A stretch of DNA of 62,150 nucleotides, from NCBI GenBank assembly GCA_964539385.1, contig CAZIJC010000008.1, forward strand, positions 1-62,150, written 5' to 3'. Positions 28,701 through 38,281 of this stretch are shown here, piece by piece. Numbering within the stretch: the stretch's first letter is position 1; each line of letters opens with the position of its first letter. The translations under genes were made by a program, and so were the position numbers. The notes beneath the pieces are model-generated. The model was not told the DNA's origin, did not search any database, and was given only the letters and a program-made list of their open reading frames with translations. Source of the stretch: an uncultured Anaerolineales bacterium. GTDB lineage: Bacteria > Planctomycetota > Phycisphaerae > FEN-1346.

Positions 28701-29431
28701 GCAGATTGAATGACAGGCTTGCGGAAGCCATCAGGTTCTTCTGGGCGTCCCGAGATAAGCAGAAAGAGAAGCAGGGAGCTGTAACGGGGAAACGTGACTA
28801 TGGAAGCCGTGGCGCTGTCACCGGAGCCAAACAGATGGATGGCTTCATCTCTTTGGTCTGCGAGTTGCTGATGGAAAGTGGCTTGCCACAAGAGACGATC
28901 TTCTACACAAAGGCGAAAGTTGTACTGCCCGGATTCTTCCGCGCGACCAAGGAGTGGGACCTGCTTGCCGTCGCCAGCGGACATCTTCTGGCCTCTGTCG
29001 AGTTCAAGTCTCAAGTTGGGCCGTCCTTCGGCAACAACTTCAACAACCGGACGGAGGAAGCCCTGGGCAGTGCAACGGACCTGTGGACAGCATACCGAGA
29101 AGGCGCGTTCGTGGAATCGCCGCGCCCGTGGTTGGGCTATCTGATGCTGCTTGAGGAAGCCGAGGGTTCCCTCACAGCCGTTGACGTGAGGGAGCCCCAC
29201 TTCCGCGTGTTTGACGAGTTTCGAGGTGCGTCCTACGCGAAAAGGTACGAGTTGCTGTGCCGCAGGCTTGTGCGGGAGCGGCTGTATGACGCCGCGTGTC
29301 TGATCCTGTCTGACAGCAAAGGAGGGCGCGAGGGCGAATACGCAGAGCCAGCGTCAGATCTGCGGTTCCAGACCTTTGCCGCATCCCTGCGTGGCCACGC
29401 CTCCGCATTCGCAGATACGCTCGATGGCTGA
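28697..29431 (+). CDS. XhoI/PaeR7I family type II restriction endonuclease
   Basis: RGAVTGAKQMDGF, LPGFFRATKEWDLL, EFKSQVGPSFGNNFNNRTEEALGSATDLWTAYREG; ATGA overlap with the MTase. Confidence 0.9.
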   Translation: MSRLNDRLAEAIRFFWASRDKQKEKQGAVTGKRDYGSRGAVTGAKQMDGFISLVCELLMESGLPQETIFYTKAKVVLPGFFRATKEWDLLAVASGHLLASVEFKSQVGPSFGNNFNNRTEEALGSATDLWTAYREGAFVESPRPWLGYLMLLEEAEGSLTAVDVREPHFRVFDEFRGASYAKRYELLCRRLVRERLYDAACLILSDSKGGREGEYAEPASDLRFQTFAASLRGHASAFADTLDG

Positions 29432-29593
29432 GAGATTCCGGGCAACATAACCCCTATCTGCGTTTGCCGTTCGGCTTCGGGCGCACGGCCGCGGCTTTGC
29501 GGATGCCGTGCCACTCACCGCGGCGAAAACGGCGATTTCGCGCATGCGCGGCGGGTGCGGAGACCCGCCGCGCAAAACTCACCTGGTCCCGGT

Positions 29594-29731
29594 TAGAGCA
29601 ATTCACGATTGCATGTAGCGGATCCTCGCGCGGTGGGCAATCTTGCCCACCGCGTAGCGCGGCACCTCCATCGCGCGGCGGGCAGGATTGCCCGCCGCGC
29701 AAAGTGCTACAGACAAGCGTTAACTGCTCTA
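29594..29731. mobile_element. Complete MITE-like element with TAGAGCA..TGCTCTA terminal inverted repeats
   Basis: TAGAGCAATTCACGATTGCATGTAGC ... GCTACAGACAAGCGTTAACTGCTCTA; internal REP doublet; no ORF. Confidence 0.7.
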
Positions 29732-29741
29732 GCGGCACGAT

Positions 29742-30752
29742 TCACGCCCGCCAGGGTCGTGGGCGGCTGCGGGCGCGGCGGATGGCGGCGCGTGCCAACT
29801 TGGAGTCTTCCTCGATCTGGAAATCGAACATGCCGACTGCGGTGAAGTCCGCCCCGTTGTCAAAGGCGTGCGCGAACCCCTTGGCCGGCGGGATGGCGCC
29901 GGCGGCCAGGATCTTGTAGGCGATCCAGGGCTTGGCGACCGTCTTCATGAAGGCGATCGTCTCCTGGGGGTTGATGCACCACATGTTGTCGTACCAGCCC
30001 TTGCCGCCGTCGAGCCAGATGAACTCCTTGCGGAGTTCCTTGGGCGTGGCCGACGGGTAGTCGTCGCTGTGGAACGTCTTGACGTAGAAATCGCATGGCA
30101 CGTTGTGCTTCTCGCAGGCGATCGGCACCAGGAGCGAGTGGCTGCCGACGCCGACCGGCAGGTCGTGGGCCTTGGCCAGGTCAACGGCCCTGGCGAGACG
30201 GTCGACGGCGCCGGCCTGGACGAGTTTGTCTCCGGACACTCCCCAGACGTACAGCGCGACGGCGCCGGAGTCCACCTGTTGCTGGATGTGGTCCTCCAGG
30301 TCGCCCTCCTTCTGGCCGACGTCGACGCGGATGTGCGGGATGAACTGCATGTGCCCGCCGCACTCGCGGTTGTAGCGTCGGATGTAGGCCGCGCCGGTCT
30401 CGAAGACCGTGTTGATGCCGTGCTGTTCAGCCCGTTTGAGCGTCTGCAGTATCTTCTCGTCGTTGGCGTAGGCGCGGAACAGTTGGCCCACGTACTTCAG
30501 GTCGCGCGCGTGCATGCAGCCTGAGATCAGGTTGCCGCCCAGGAGCAGGCGGCTGATGTTGGCCTTTCCGATCTTGCCGCAAGGCATCGCGCCCGCGTCG
30601 GCCGGCGCGGGCTTGGCGGTGGCGCCGGGCGGCGTTGGTGCGGCCGGCGCGGCGCTTTCTGCCCCTGCGCCCGCCATGGCGCCGATCGCCCCTGCGGCGG
30701 CCAGCGTGCCGCTCAGGAAATCGCGACGATTGACAGGTTTGGACTTTGACAT
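29742..30752 (-). CDS. Tat-exported aldo/keto-reductase-like (TIM barrel) protein
   Basis: NRRDFL, MPCGKIG...ISRLLLGGN, GINT, KPWIAYKILAAGAI, GADFTAVGMFDFQ. Confidence 0.8.
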   Translation of the reverse strand: MSKSKPVNRRDFLSGTLAAAGAIGAMAGAGAESAAPAAPTPPGATAKPAPADAGAMPCGKIGKANISRLLLGGNLISGCMHARDLKYVGQLFRAYANDEKILQTLKRAEQHGINTVFETGAAYIRRYNRECGGHMQFIPHIRVDVGQKEGDLEDHIQQQVDSGAVALYVWGVSGDKLVQAGAVDRLARAVDLAKAHDLPVGVGSHSLLVPIACEKHNVPCDFYVKTFHSDDYPSATPKELRKEFIWLDGGKGWYDNMWCINPQETIAFMKTVAKPWIAYKILAAGAIPPAKGFAHAFDNGADFTAVGMFDFQIEEDSKLARAAIRRARSRPRPWRA

Positions 30753-30912
30753 GCTATCCTCTCTTTCGCTCACGAACGAGAATGCCCGCGCAACGTGCCG
30801 CCCGAACAGCGGGCGCGAAGCAGCGCTTCGCTGCGAAGCACGAGCGGGATGACCATGCCACCCGCCGCTCCCGCGTCGGGCTCGAACGGGGCGCGGTGCA
30901 CGTCGTGTGTGG

Positions 30913-32865
30913 TTACCAGCCTCCGCCCCCGCCTCCGCCACCGCCTCCGCCCGATGAGCCGCCCCCGCCGGAGCCGGAACTTGAGCCGGGAGCGGTTGAC
31001 GCCGACGAAAGCGCCGAGGCAAACGAACTGCTGAACGTCGAGGCGAACGCCCCCGCGCCGCCCGTCGCCCACGAGCGGCCGTGGTACCAGGCGGGCGTGT
31101 ACCCATCGCGGTCGGCGGCCGCGCTCGCCAGGACCTCCGCGAACTGCTCTGCCCATGCCGTTTCGACGCCGAGTGCCAGCGCGTACGGCAGGAACGCCTC
31201 GAACAGTTCCGCCGTCTTGTGAGGCGGGGCGGCCGCGCTCATCAGCACGTCGCGCTCGGCGGTCCCCAGATACATGCGAAACCCCTCGATGCGGTCCATT
31301 GCCTGGCGGCCTTCGGGGCTCGGCTGCTTCAGAAAGTGATGGAACTTGACGTTCGCGAGGGCCAGGAGCACCAGGATCGGCACCAGCCAGACAGAGGTCA
31401 TGTAAACCAGAATGCCCGCGACGACGATCTCGGCAACCACGAACGGCACCGCAAACAACGTGATGAACACGGCGCCGCCGCCCGACGCCAACCGCCCGAT
31501 GCCCCCGCCACTGCCGACGCCTTTCCAGGCACGGATGACCGCATTCAGCAGGGCGAAGACGCCGAAAGTCCAGAACGTCAGCCACACGCACAGAAAGGCC
31601 ACCGCCGGGTTGCCCTCGCCAAACGCCGCAATCAGCGTAACCGAGGCAAGCGTCAGGACCGACAGGATGAGGCCGGGAACGAACCACTTGACGTTGGGTG
31701 CGAAGTACCGCCCCTTGTAGGCCTTGGCCAGCGACTTCTTGAGACCATCGACGGCCTTCCCGAACGTCTTGTGGTTCTTATTGGTAAGGCCGATCTCGTC
31801 GCGGCTGCCGAGAAGTTTGTCGAAGACCTCTTGCTCGGCCGGCCCGAGGTCGGGGCCGCCGGCGTCTTCGGTGCGGATGAGGCGGTAGTCGCCGTCTTCG
31901 TCTTCGATCGTCAGGCGCCGCTTGACGGCCAGGCTGACGACCGTTGCGGCAAAGCAGACCTTGTCGAAGCCCATCCGGATGAGGTACCGCACGGAGGCGG
32001 GGCTCAGCCCGTCGGGCGGTTCGAACAGCGGGATAATGATGCCTTTGGGCGGGTCGCGCCCCACGTAACTCCAGGCCACCAGAAAGTACGCACCCACCAC
32101 GATCAACCCGGCAAGGCCCGCCAGCACCATCAGGTTGTCGCGGAGCAGCCAGGTGACCTCGTTGGCAAGCGTCGGGGCCGTGACGAACCCCTTCGGCCAG
32201 GTGACGACGATCGTCAGCCCCTCGCTTTGCGCCAGGGGGCGCGTGGCGCGGAAGCGGCATCGGCCCGAATCGTCGATGGACGACTCGTAATCCTTCCCCG
32301 CCTCGCCCTTGCGACCGGTGTAGGCCTCGTGGCCGATCGCCTCGGCAGGGACGCCTTCGGGCAGGGCGACCGTGGCGGAGGCCTCGTCGATGGGGAAGTC
32401 CCAGTCGTTGCCCGTTACGTTGAAGTACAGTTCGTCGTGGTCGGCGAAGAAGCCGAGGAGGCGGCCGGCGCGGTAGGTGAGCGTGTAGGTGTAGACGCCG
32501 TGCTTCAGGTGCACGTTCTTGTGCCCGATGTAGACCCGCTCGTACGGGTCGTTGCTCTCGGTGTGCCAGGGCTCCGGCTTGCCGTCGCGCCGGACGGCCA
32601 GGACCTCGAAGGGGACGATGACGCGGCGGCGGTCGCGTCCGGCGTAGCGGACGGGGAAGTCGCGGTAGATGCCGCGCTTGATCTTCCCGCCCTCGGCCCG
32701 CACCTTGATGGTCTCGGTGACGGTCAGCGCCCCGTCCTGGTGGACGGTGATGGCGCTGTGGAATCCGAGGATTCGTTCGCCGGCGGGTGTCTGCGCCGCC
32801 GGGGCGGCCGCCGTCCCGGCGATGAGCACGACAAGGCTGACAAGAGAGGCCGGTCTGATTCGCAT
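30913..32865 (-). CDS. DUF2207 domain membrane protein
   Basis: ERILGFHSAITV..DG.LTVTETI, KRGIYRDFP, DELYFNVTG, LPYALALGV, terminal SSGGGGGGGGGGGW; adjacent to lemA. Confidence 0.92.
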   Translation of the reverse strand: MRIRPASLVSLVVLIAGTAAAPAAQTPAGERILGFHSAITVHQDGALTVTETIKVRAEGGKIKRGIYRDFPVRYAGRDRRRVIVPFEVLAVRRDGKPEPWHTESNDPYERVYIGHKNVHLKHGVYTYTLTYRAGRLLGFFADHDELYFNVTGNDWDFPIDEASATVALPEGVPAEAIGHEAYTGRKGEAGKDYESSIDDSGRCRFRATRPLAQSEGLTIVVTWPKGFVTAPTLANEVTWLLRDNLMVLAGLAGLIVVGAYFLVAWSYVGRDPPKGIIIPLFEPPDGLSPASVRYLIRMGFDKVCFAATVVSLAVKRRLTIEDEDGDYRLIRTEDAGGPDLGPAEQEVFDKLLGSRDEIGLTNKNHKTFGKAVDGLKKSLAKAYKGRYFAPNVKWFVPGLILSVLTLASVTLIAAFGEGNPAVAFLCVWLTFWTFGVFALLNAVIRAWKGVGSGGGIGRLASGGGAVFITLFAVPFVVAEIVVAGILVYMTSVWLVPILVLLALANVKFHHFLKQPSPEGRQAMDRIEGFRMYLGTAERDVLMSAAAPPHKTAELFEAFLPYALALGVETAWAEQFAEVLASAAADRDGYTPAWYHGRSWATGGAGAFASTFSSSFASALSSASTAPGSSSGSGGGGSSGGGGGGGGGGGW

Positions 32866-32868
32866 CGC

Positions 32869-33429
32869 TTACATCTCCACCTTTGGAGCGGCTCGCTCGG
32901 TCGCCGTCTCAACCTGGAAGAACTCGCCCTGGCGGAACCGGAACAGTTTCGCCACGAGGTTGCCCGGGAACGACTCGGCGCGGATGTTGTAGTTGCGGAC
33001 GGCCCCGTTGTAATATCGGCGGGCCATCTGAAGGTGATCCTCGATTTCGGTGAGCAGGTTCTGGAGTTCGAGGTAATTGGTGTCGGCCTTGAGGTCGGGG
33101 TAGGCCTCGGCCAGCGCGAACAACCGTTTCAACTGGTCCGTCAGGACGTTCTCGCGGTCCTGGGTTTCGCCGAGGCGTTCCGGACGGGGCGCCTCGCCGC
33201 GCCGCTCGGCGATCTCCGCGAGCAGTTGCTTCTCGTGGCGCCCGTAGGCTTTCACCGTCTCGACGAGGCTGGGCACGAGGTTGCGCCGGCGGCGAAGTTG
33301 GACGTCGATACCGCTCCAGCCCTCGCGCATCAGGTTCCGCGCGCGAACCAGACGGTTGAACGCGACGATGACCCAGACCACCAGTGCCGCGACCAACACC
33401 AGGATGGCGACCATGACTTCGGTGGGCAT
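32869..33429 (-). CDS. lemA: LemA family protein
   Basis: N-terminal TM, FNRLV..RN...WSGIDVQLRRR, LAEAYPDLKA, ARRYYN, FPGNLVA. Confidence 0.95.
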   Translation of the reverse strand: MPTEVMVAILVLVAALVVWVIVAFNRLVRARNLMREGWSGIDVQLRRRRNLVPSLVETVKAYGRHEKQLLAEIAERRGEAPRPERLGETQDRENVLTDQLKRLFALAEAYPDLKADTNYLELQNLLTEIEDHLQMARRYYNGAVRNYNIRAESFPGNLVAKLFRFRQGEFFQVETATERAAPKVEM

Positions 33430-33540
33430 CAGACGCCTCCCGCTCCCCCGCTCCCGGCCGCCCGGGATTTGGCCGGACAGGATTGTAATGCCCACGCGGC
33501 CGTTGTACCAGACCCTGCCCCCCGGGCGGCCCGCACTCGT

Positions 33541-33568
33541 TTGACGTTTGGCGTTTCTGTGCTATAGT
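33541..33568 (+). promoter_or_regulatory. sigma70-type promoter with extended -10
   Basis: TTGACG-16 nt-(TG.)TATAGT. Confidence 0.55.
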
Positions 33569-33629
33569 TGAGGTCGGCGGGGACATTATCCCGCAGCCAA
33601 TCCTGGCACCTATACGGGGAGGGGTAGTC

Positions 33630-34973
33630 ATGAGAAGCGCGATCATGTGGCTTGCGCTCGCAGTGTGCGCTGCTCTGCTCGTCGCGGTTGGCGCGCAGAG
33701 GGTCGCCGGCTCCGGATCGATCACCGGCCAGGGACGGTTCGAGAGGATTGCGGGCAACCAGTCGGCGGGATACCAGTATCTGTACGAGTGGGACCTGTTC
33801 CTCTCGCCGGGCGATGACTCGGTCGTCGGGCCCTCCCGGCGGCTTGGCGCACCGCCGGGCGAGCCCCCACGCGGCGACGGCTACTTCCGCATCGACGACA
33901 TGCCCGCCGGAACCTACTCGGTGTACGTGAACCAGCCCGACTTTTTCGCCTCGCCCAGGGTCGTCTCGAACGTCCAGATCCAGAACGGCCAGACCACGAC
34001 GTGCAACGTGGACCTCGACGTGGACTACTCCACGTACTTCCAGGACAGCGGCCAGTGGACCGACTGGCAATGGGACTGGTACCAGACGTTCACCGCGGCC
34101 GGCGCCTCGGTGCGCGGCGTATCGTGGATGCTGGCCGGGTGGGGCCAGTACAGCGACAAGACGGCGCGGATACGGATTCTCGAGGACACCGGCGGCGGCG
34201 ACGTGCGGAACTGGATCCCGATCGGCTCGGCCACCGACGGCAGTCTGGCGTCCGATTCCGACGAGTGGGTGCGATGGAACTCGGGCGAGGTGCCGCTCGT
34301 GGCCGGCAGGAACTACGCCGTTAACATCCACATCGACGGCGGGATGGCGGTCTACAAGCGCAACAAGGACGCCCAGAGTTATCAGGGCGGTCGCGCGTAC
34401 GACCAGAACGGCAACCCGCAGAACTTCGACCTGAACGTCACAGTCTTCGTGGACCGCGACGAGATGGTCACCCACACGACGAAGTCGCCGGGGCCGGGCG
34501 CGTTTGACGGATCGCTGAACGATACGCAGTGGGGGCAGAGTTTCGCCGCGACGGGCCGGTCGCTCGCCGCCGTCGATCTGTTTGCCGCCAGTGGTATGGC
34601 CGACATCGAGTTGACGTGGACGGTCCGCGAAGGCGGTCCGAGCGGCCTGCAGATCGGGCCGACCAAGCGCACACGCGGGGCCTACTTCGCTTCGAGCACC
34701 GACCTCATAGGCGTCAGTTTCAACCCCGGCGAGATTGTGTTCACTCCCGGGGAAACGTACTACGTCGATGTCCTGTGCCCTGACGGCTTCACCCCCTACA
34801 CGATGGAGCCGTGGGAGAGGTTCGCCGACGGCACGGCCTACCGCGGCGGCGTGGCCACAAGCCATGACCTCGCGATGACGATTGTCGAGCACAAGGCCGT
34901 GCCGGAACCCGCCACGCTGGCACTGGTGACGGCCGGCGCGTTGGGCATCATCTTCCGGCGGCGGCGAAGTTGA
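33630..34973 (+). CDS. PEP-CTERM sorting-domain surface protein
   Basis: Signal peptide; carboxypeptidase-regulatory-like segment (DGYFRIDDMPAGTYSV); C-terminal VPEPATLALVTAGALGIIFRRRRS. Confidence 0.9.
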   Translation: MRSAIMWLALAVCAALLVAVGAQRVAGSGSITGQGRFERIAGNQSAGYQYLYEWDLFLSPGDDSVVGPSRRLGAPPGEPPRGDGYFRIDDMPAGTYSVYVNQPDFFASPRVVSNVQIQNGQTTTCNVDLDVDYSTYFQDSGQWTDWQWDWYQTFTAAGASVRGVSWMLAGWGQYSDKTARIRILEDTGGGDVRNWIPIGSATDGSLASDSDEWVRWNSGEVPLVAGRNYAVNIHIDGGMAVYKRNKDAQSYQGGRAYDQNGNPQNFDLNVTVFVDRDEMVTHTTKSPGPGAFDGSLNDTQWGQSFAATGRSLAAVDLFAASGMADIELTWTVREGGPSGLQIGPTKRTRGAYFASSTDLIGVSFNPGEIVFTPGETYYVDVLCPDGFTPYTMEPWERFADGTAYRGGVATSHDLAMTIVEHKAVPEPATLALVTAGALGIIFRRRRS

Positions 34974-35101
34974 ACGTCGATACCGCTCCAGCCCTCGCGC
35001 ATCAGGTTCCGCGCCCGCACCAGACGGTTGAACGCGACGATGACCCAGACCGCGAGCGCCGCCAGCAACACCACGACAACCGTCGTCGCTTCCGTGGGCA
35101 C
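34959..35101 (-). pseudogene. Duplicated 5' stub of lemA
   Basis: 34959-35051 nearly identical to 33287-33379; encodes MPTEATTVVVVLLAALAVWVIVAFNRLVRARNLMREGWSGIDVQLRRR, then breaks off. Confidence 0.88.
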
Positions 35102-35345
35102 AACACACCTCCCGGTTCCCAATCCCGGCGCGCCGGGATGCCGCTCGGCCCGATTGTAGTGCGGACGGCGGCGTTTCACCAGAATCTTTGCCTGCGGCGG
35201 CCGGCAGAATGTCCGCAGCCGCGGACCGGGTTCTGAAACGTTGACTTGACCCGCGCCGGCCTGTCAAATGGCGGCTGTCACGGGGCCGGTGAGACCTGTG
35301 GCCGGGGCCCGGCGAATGCCGGAGAACGAAGGAGGGCAGGTGGCC

Positions 35346-36167
35346 ATGCGGAACCTCTCGCGTCTGGGGTGTCTGGCGCTTGTCGCCGCTCCGGCGGTTT
35401 TGCACGCGGCCGCATCGCCCGGCGACGTCGTCTTTCGCTGCGACTTCGAGTCGCCCGCGTGGTATCGCCAGTGGGGACTGAGCAAGAACCCCGATCGCGC
35501 CGACACCGTGGCGGCCGACACGGAGCGGAAGTTCCAGCCGCTGCGCGGCAAGGCGCTGCGCATCAAGGTCGAGGAGGGCGGGCACTACGGCGCGAGCCTC
35601 CAGTTCCGTTTCAAGAAACAACTCGGCGCCGAGCCCGAGGAGATCTACTTCCGCTACGACCTGCGCTTCGCCGACGACTGGACGCCGGCCAGGGGCGGCA
35701 AGTTGCCGGGCATCGCCGGCACCTACGGCCGCGCGGGATGGGGAGGGCGGCCGTCCGACGGACGCAACGGGTGGTCGGCGCGCGGCCTGTTCCGCGGGCG
35801 CAAGGACGGCAAGACACCGGTCGGATTCTACTGCTACCATGCGGACATGAAGGGGCGCTACGGCTCCAACTGGGTGTGGGACAAGGACGGCCTCGGATAC
35901 CTCGAGAACAATCGGTGGTACGCCGTCGAGCAGTACGCCCGCATGAGCACCCCCGGCAAGAACGACGGCATCCTTCGCGCCTGGGTCGACGGGCGCCTCG
36001 CCTTCGAGAAGACCGACGTCCGCATGCGCGATACCGCGGCGCTGAAGATCGAGACGGTCTGGCTCAACGTCTATCACGGCGGCTCGTGGACCGCCGCCAG
36101 CGACCACCACCTTTACATCGACAACGTGGCGATCTCCCGCAAGCCCATCGGCCCGATGAAGCCGTAG
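35346..36167 (+). CDS. Polysaccharide lyase (PL14-like jelly roll), exported
   Basis: IYFRYDLRF, GGKLPG, GWSARG, NDGILRAWVDG, VYHGG, YIDNVAIS. Confidence 0.8.
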   Translation: MRNLSRLGCLALVAAPAVLHAAASPGDVVFRCDFESPAWYRQWGLSKNPDRADTVAADTERKFQPLRGKALRIKVEEGGHYGASLQFRFKKQLGAEPEEIYFRYDLRFADDWTPARGGKLPGIAGTYGRAGWGGRPSDGRNGWSARGLFRGRKDGKTPVGFYCYHADMKGRYGSNWVWDKDGLGYLENNRWYAVEQYARMSTPGKNDGILRAWVDGRLAFEKTDVRMRDTAALKIETVWLNVYHGGSWTAASDHHLYIDNVAISRKPIGPMKP

Positions 36168-36200
36168 GTCGAACCGGCAGAACCCCTCTCGGACCAGCCC

Positions 36201-37142
36201 ATGGACGCGGCACGTCAACAGCGAGTTAACACGGGGCTCGGCATCGTGGCCATCGTGCTCTGGAGCAGCATGATGGCACTGGCCAGGAGCCTGTCCGAGA
36301 CCGTCGGACCGCTGACCACCGGGGCCCTGGCCAACACGGCGAGCGGGGCCGCCGCGTGCCTTTACCTGGCGGCCAGTGGGCGGCTGGTGCCCGCCTTGCG
36401 TCTGCCGCGGCCGTACCTGGTGGGCAGCGGCCTGCTGTTCGTGGGGTACATCGCGTGCATCTACCTGGCGGTGGGCCTGGCGTCGAGCCGGCAGCAGGCG
36501 ATCGAGGTCGGCATCATCAACTACCTGTGGCCGGCGCTGACGCTGGTGTTTGCGATACCGATTCTGCGCGCGCGGGTCCGCGCGGCGTTCTGGCCGGGCG
36601 TGGTCCTGGGGCTGGCCGGGGCGGCGCTGGCGCCGCTCAGGCTGGGGGAGTACTCGCTGGACGCGTTGGCGGCGAACCTGCGAGGGCATCCGGTTCCGTA
36701 CCTTCTGGCCCTGGCGGCGGCGATCCTCTGGGGACTCTACTCGAGCGTGAGCCGCCGGTGGGCCGGCAAGGCCGAGGGCGGGGCCGTGCCGCTCTTCGTC
36801 CTCGCCACGGGCCTGGTCCTTGCGGCGCTGCGGTTGGTCTTTCCGGAGGAGTCTGTGTGGACGCCTCGCGCGGTGGCGGAACTCGTCCTCATCGCCCTGT
36901 TTCCGACGCTCCTGGCCTACGTCCTCTGGGACGTTGCCGTGCGGCGGGGGAACCTGACGCTGGTGGCCTCGCTCTCGTACCTGACGCCGCTCCTCTCGAC
37001 GGCAGTCAGCGCCGTGTATCTGCGCGTGGCCGTCGGCTGGAACCTGTGGGCCGCCTGCGGCCTGGTCGTGGCGGGTGCGCTGGTGTGCAGCCGGTCGGTG
37101 GTGAAGGACGGTGACGCGATCGGGCGTCGGTCCTCGAAATAG
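36201..37142 (+). CDS. yddG: DMT/EamA aromatic amino acid exporter, YddG-like
   Basis: AIVLWS, AIEVGIINYLWP, AYVLWD, SYLTPLLS; about 10 TM segments. Confidence 0.85.
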   Translation: MDAARQQRVNTGLGIVAIVLWSSMMALARSLSETVGPLTTGALANTASGAAACLYLAASGRLVPALRLPRPYLVGSGLLFVGYIACIYLAVGLASSRQQAIEVGIINYLWPALTLVFAIPILRARVRAAFWPGVVLGLAGAALAPLRLGEYSLDALAANLRGHPVPYLLALAAAILWGLYSSVSRRWAGKAEGGAVPLFVLATGLVLAALRLVFPEESVWTPRAVAELVLIALFPTLLAYVLWDVAVRRGNLTLVASLSYLTPLLSTAVSAVYLRVAVGWNLWAACGLVVAGALVCSRSVVKDGDAIGRRSSK

Positions 37143-37213
37143 GCCCGGGTGGCATGGTCATCCCGCAGGGTGACCATGTTCCGATCTTCCCCCTCGCGCT
37201 ACGTCTCCAGTCT

Positions 37214-37320
37214 GTAGGGTGGGTGCTTCGCACCCACGGTCATTCTGGTAGCGTCCCTCATGGTTCTGCGATGTCAGGCGGCGCATCACGGGCGGCGTGG
37301 GTGCAGAACACCCACCCTAC
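37214..37320. repeat. GTAG-family REP pair in inverted orientation (REPIN-like)
   Basis: GTAGGGTGGGTGCTTCGCACCCAC (37214-37237) ... GTGGGTGCAGAACACCCACCCTAC (37297-37320). Confidence 0.8.
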
Positions 37321-37365
37321 GGCTGCTGCTGATCCGCCGCCGCGCGGGGTGACGGGGCGCTTGCC

Positions 37366-37411
37366 GAAAAAAACAGGGCGGCGGTCAGGGGGGACATAAA
37401 CCACCGCCCTT
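37366..37411 (-). terminator. Probable intrinsic terminator (minus strand)
   Basis: AGGGCGG..CCGCCCT stem next to an A run on +, i.e. a U tract on -. Confidence 0.4.
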
Positions 37412-37526
37412 GTTGCCGAGAACCTCTCCCGGCAACGTCACCATGTTCGTCTTGCAGTTCAGCCAAGTCAAGCGCTAGACTCTGGGGGCGCGGAATCTCC
37501 CCGGAATCGTGTGCGTGCGGATGCGC

Positions 37527-37964
37527 TCAGACGGCTTGCGCGGCGGCCGCCTTCTGAACGTCGGGTTTGCTGATCCGGCAGCAGCCGGGCGAGTCTTTGA
37601 ACAGGCCGCACATCGCGCAACGTGGCTGATCGGGCTTCTTGCAGCAGCACAGATCGGAGCCCTTCACCTGTCCGCATTTTCCGCACAGTGTCACGGGCTC
37701 TCCCTTCTTGATGCGGCAGCAGCCGGGCGACCCGGCGAAGAGACCGCACTTCGGGCACCGGGGCTGGTCGGGCTTGTTGCAGCAGCACAAATCGGAGCCC
37801 TTCACCTGCCCGCACTTGCCGCACAGCGTGACGTCCGGATAGGGCGGCTTGTCGCTGCACGCCCCCTTCTCGACAGTGGGCTGTGTCTTCGGCTCACAAC
37901 CAGCCAGCAGGCCGAGCGCAGAACCGGCCATGAACCGCACAAATGTCCTGCGACGCATACTCAT
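37527..37964 (-). CDS. Cys-rich Tat lipoprotein with two 46-aa repeats
   Basis: RRRTFVR Tat-like motif, LLAGC lipobox, 2x VTLCGKCGQVKGSDLCCC.KPDQPRC..CGLF..SPGCCRI; SD GGAGG. Confidence 0.85.
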   Translation of the reverse strand: MSMRRRTFVRFMAGSALGLLAGCEPKTQPTVEKGACSDKPPYPDVTLCGKCGQVKGSDLCCCNKPDQPRCPKCGLFAGSPGCCRIKKGEPVTLCGKCGQVKGSDLCCCKKPDQPRCAMCGLFKDSPGCCRISKPDVQKAAAAQAV

Positions 37965-38281
37965 AGGATGCTCCTCCCAGTTCCCGAATCCTTCTCACAG
38001 AGCGGCGACTGCCGGAACCCGTTTCCAGAACGCCCTCCGCATCGGCTTACTTTACCCAAGCGAGGGGGTCTGCGTCAAGCGCGGTCGGGCGACGGCGCTA
38101 AACGGGCCTGCAAACGTTACCGCCGGCAGCCCACAGCGTCGTCGCCCTTCTTTCGGCCATGCAGAGAGGACGCTCAGGAACGAAAAGGTCAGAAGTCAGG
38201 TGTGTCGGGGTTCCCCCCCTCGCGCCGCCAGCCGCAGGGGGGGGCCTCGGAACAAGGTCATCGCCCGCTTCAACCTTTGCC

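Noticed and set aside
30913-31000. Gly/Ser low-complexity GCC-rich tract as a repeat element
   Set aside because: Normal C-terminal tail of DUF2207 proteins
33429-36689. 1086-aa minus-strand ORF and other long antisense ORFs (e.g. 4535-6793, 31081-33567, 39029-41377, 42314-44947, 48251-50278)
   Set aside because: They overlap well-supported genes on the opposite strand; typical high-GC shadow frames with no recognisable motifs
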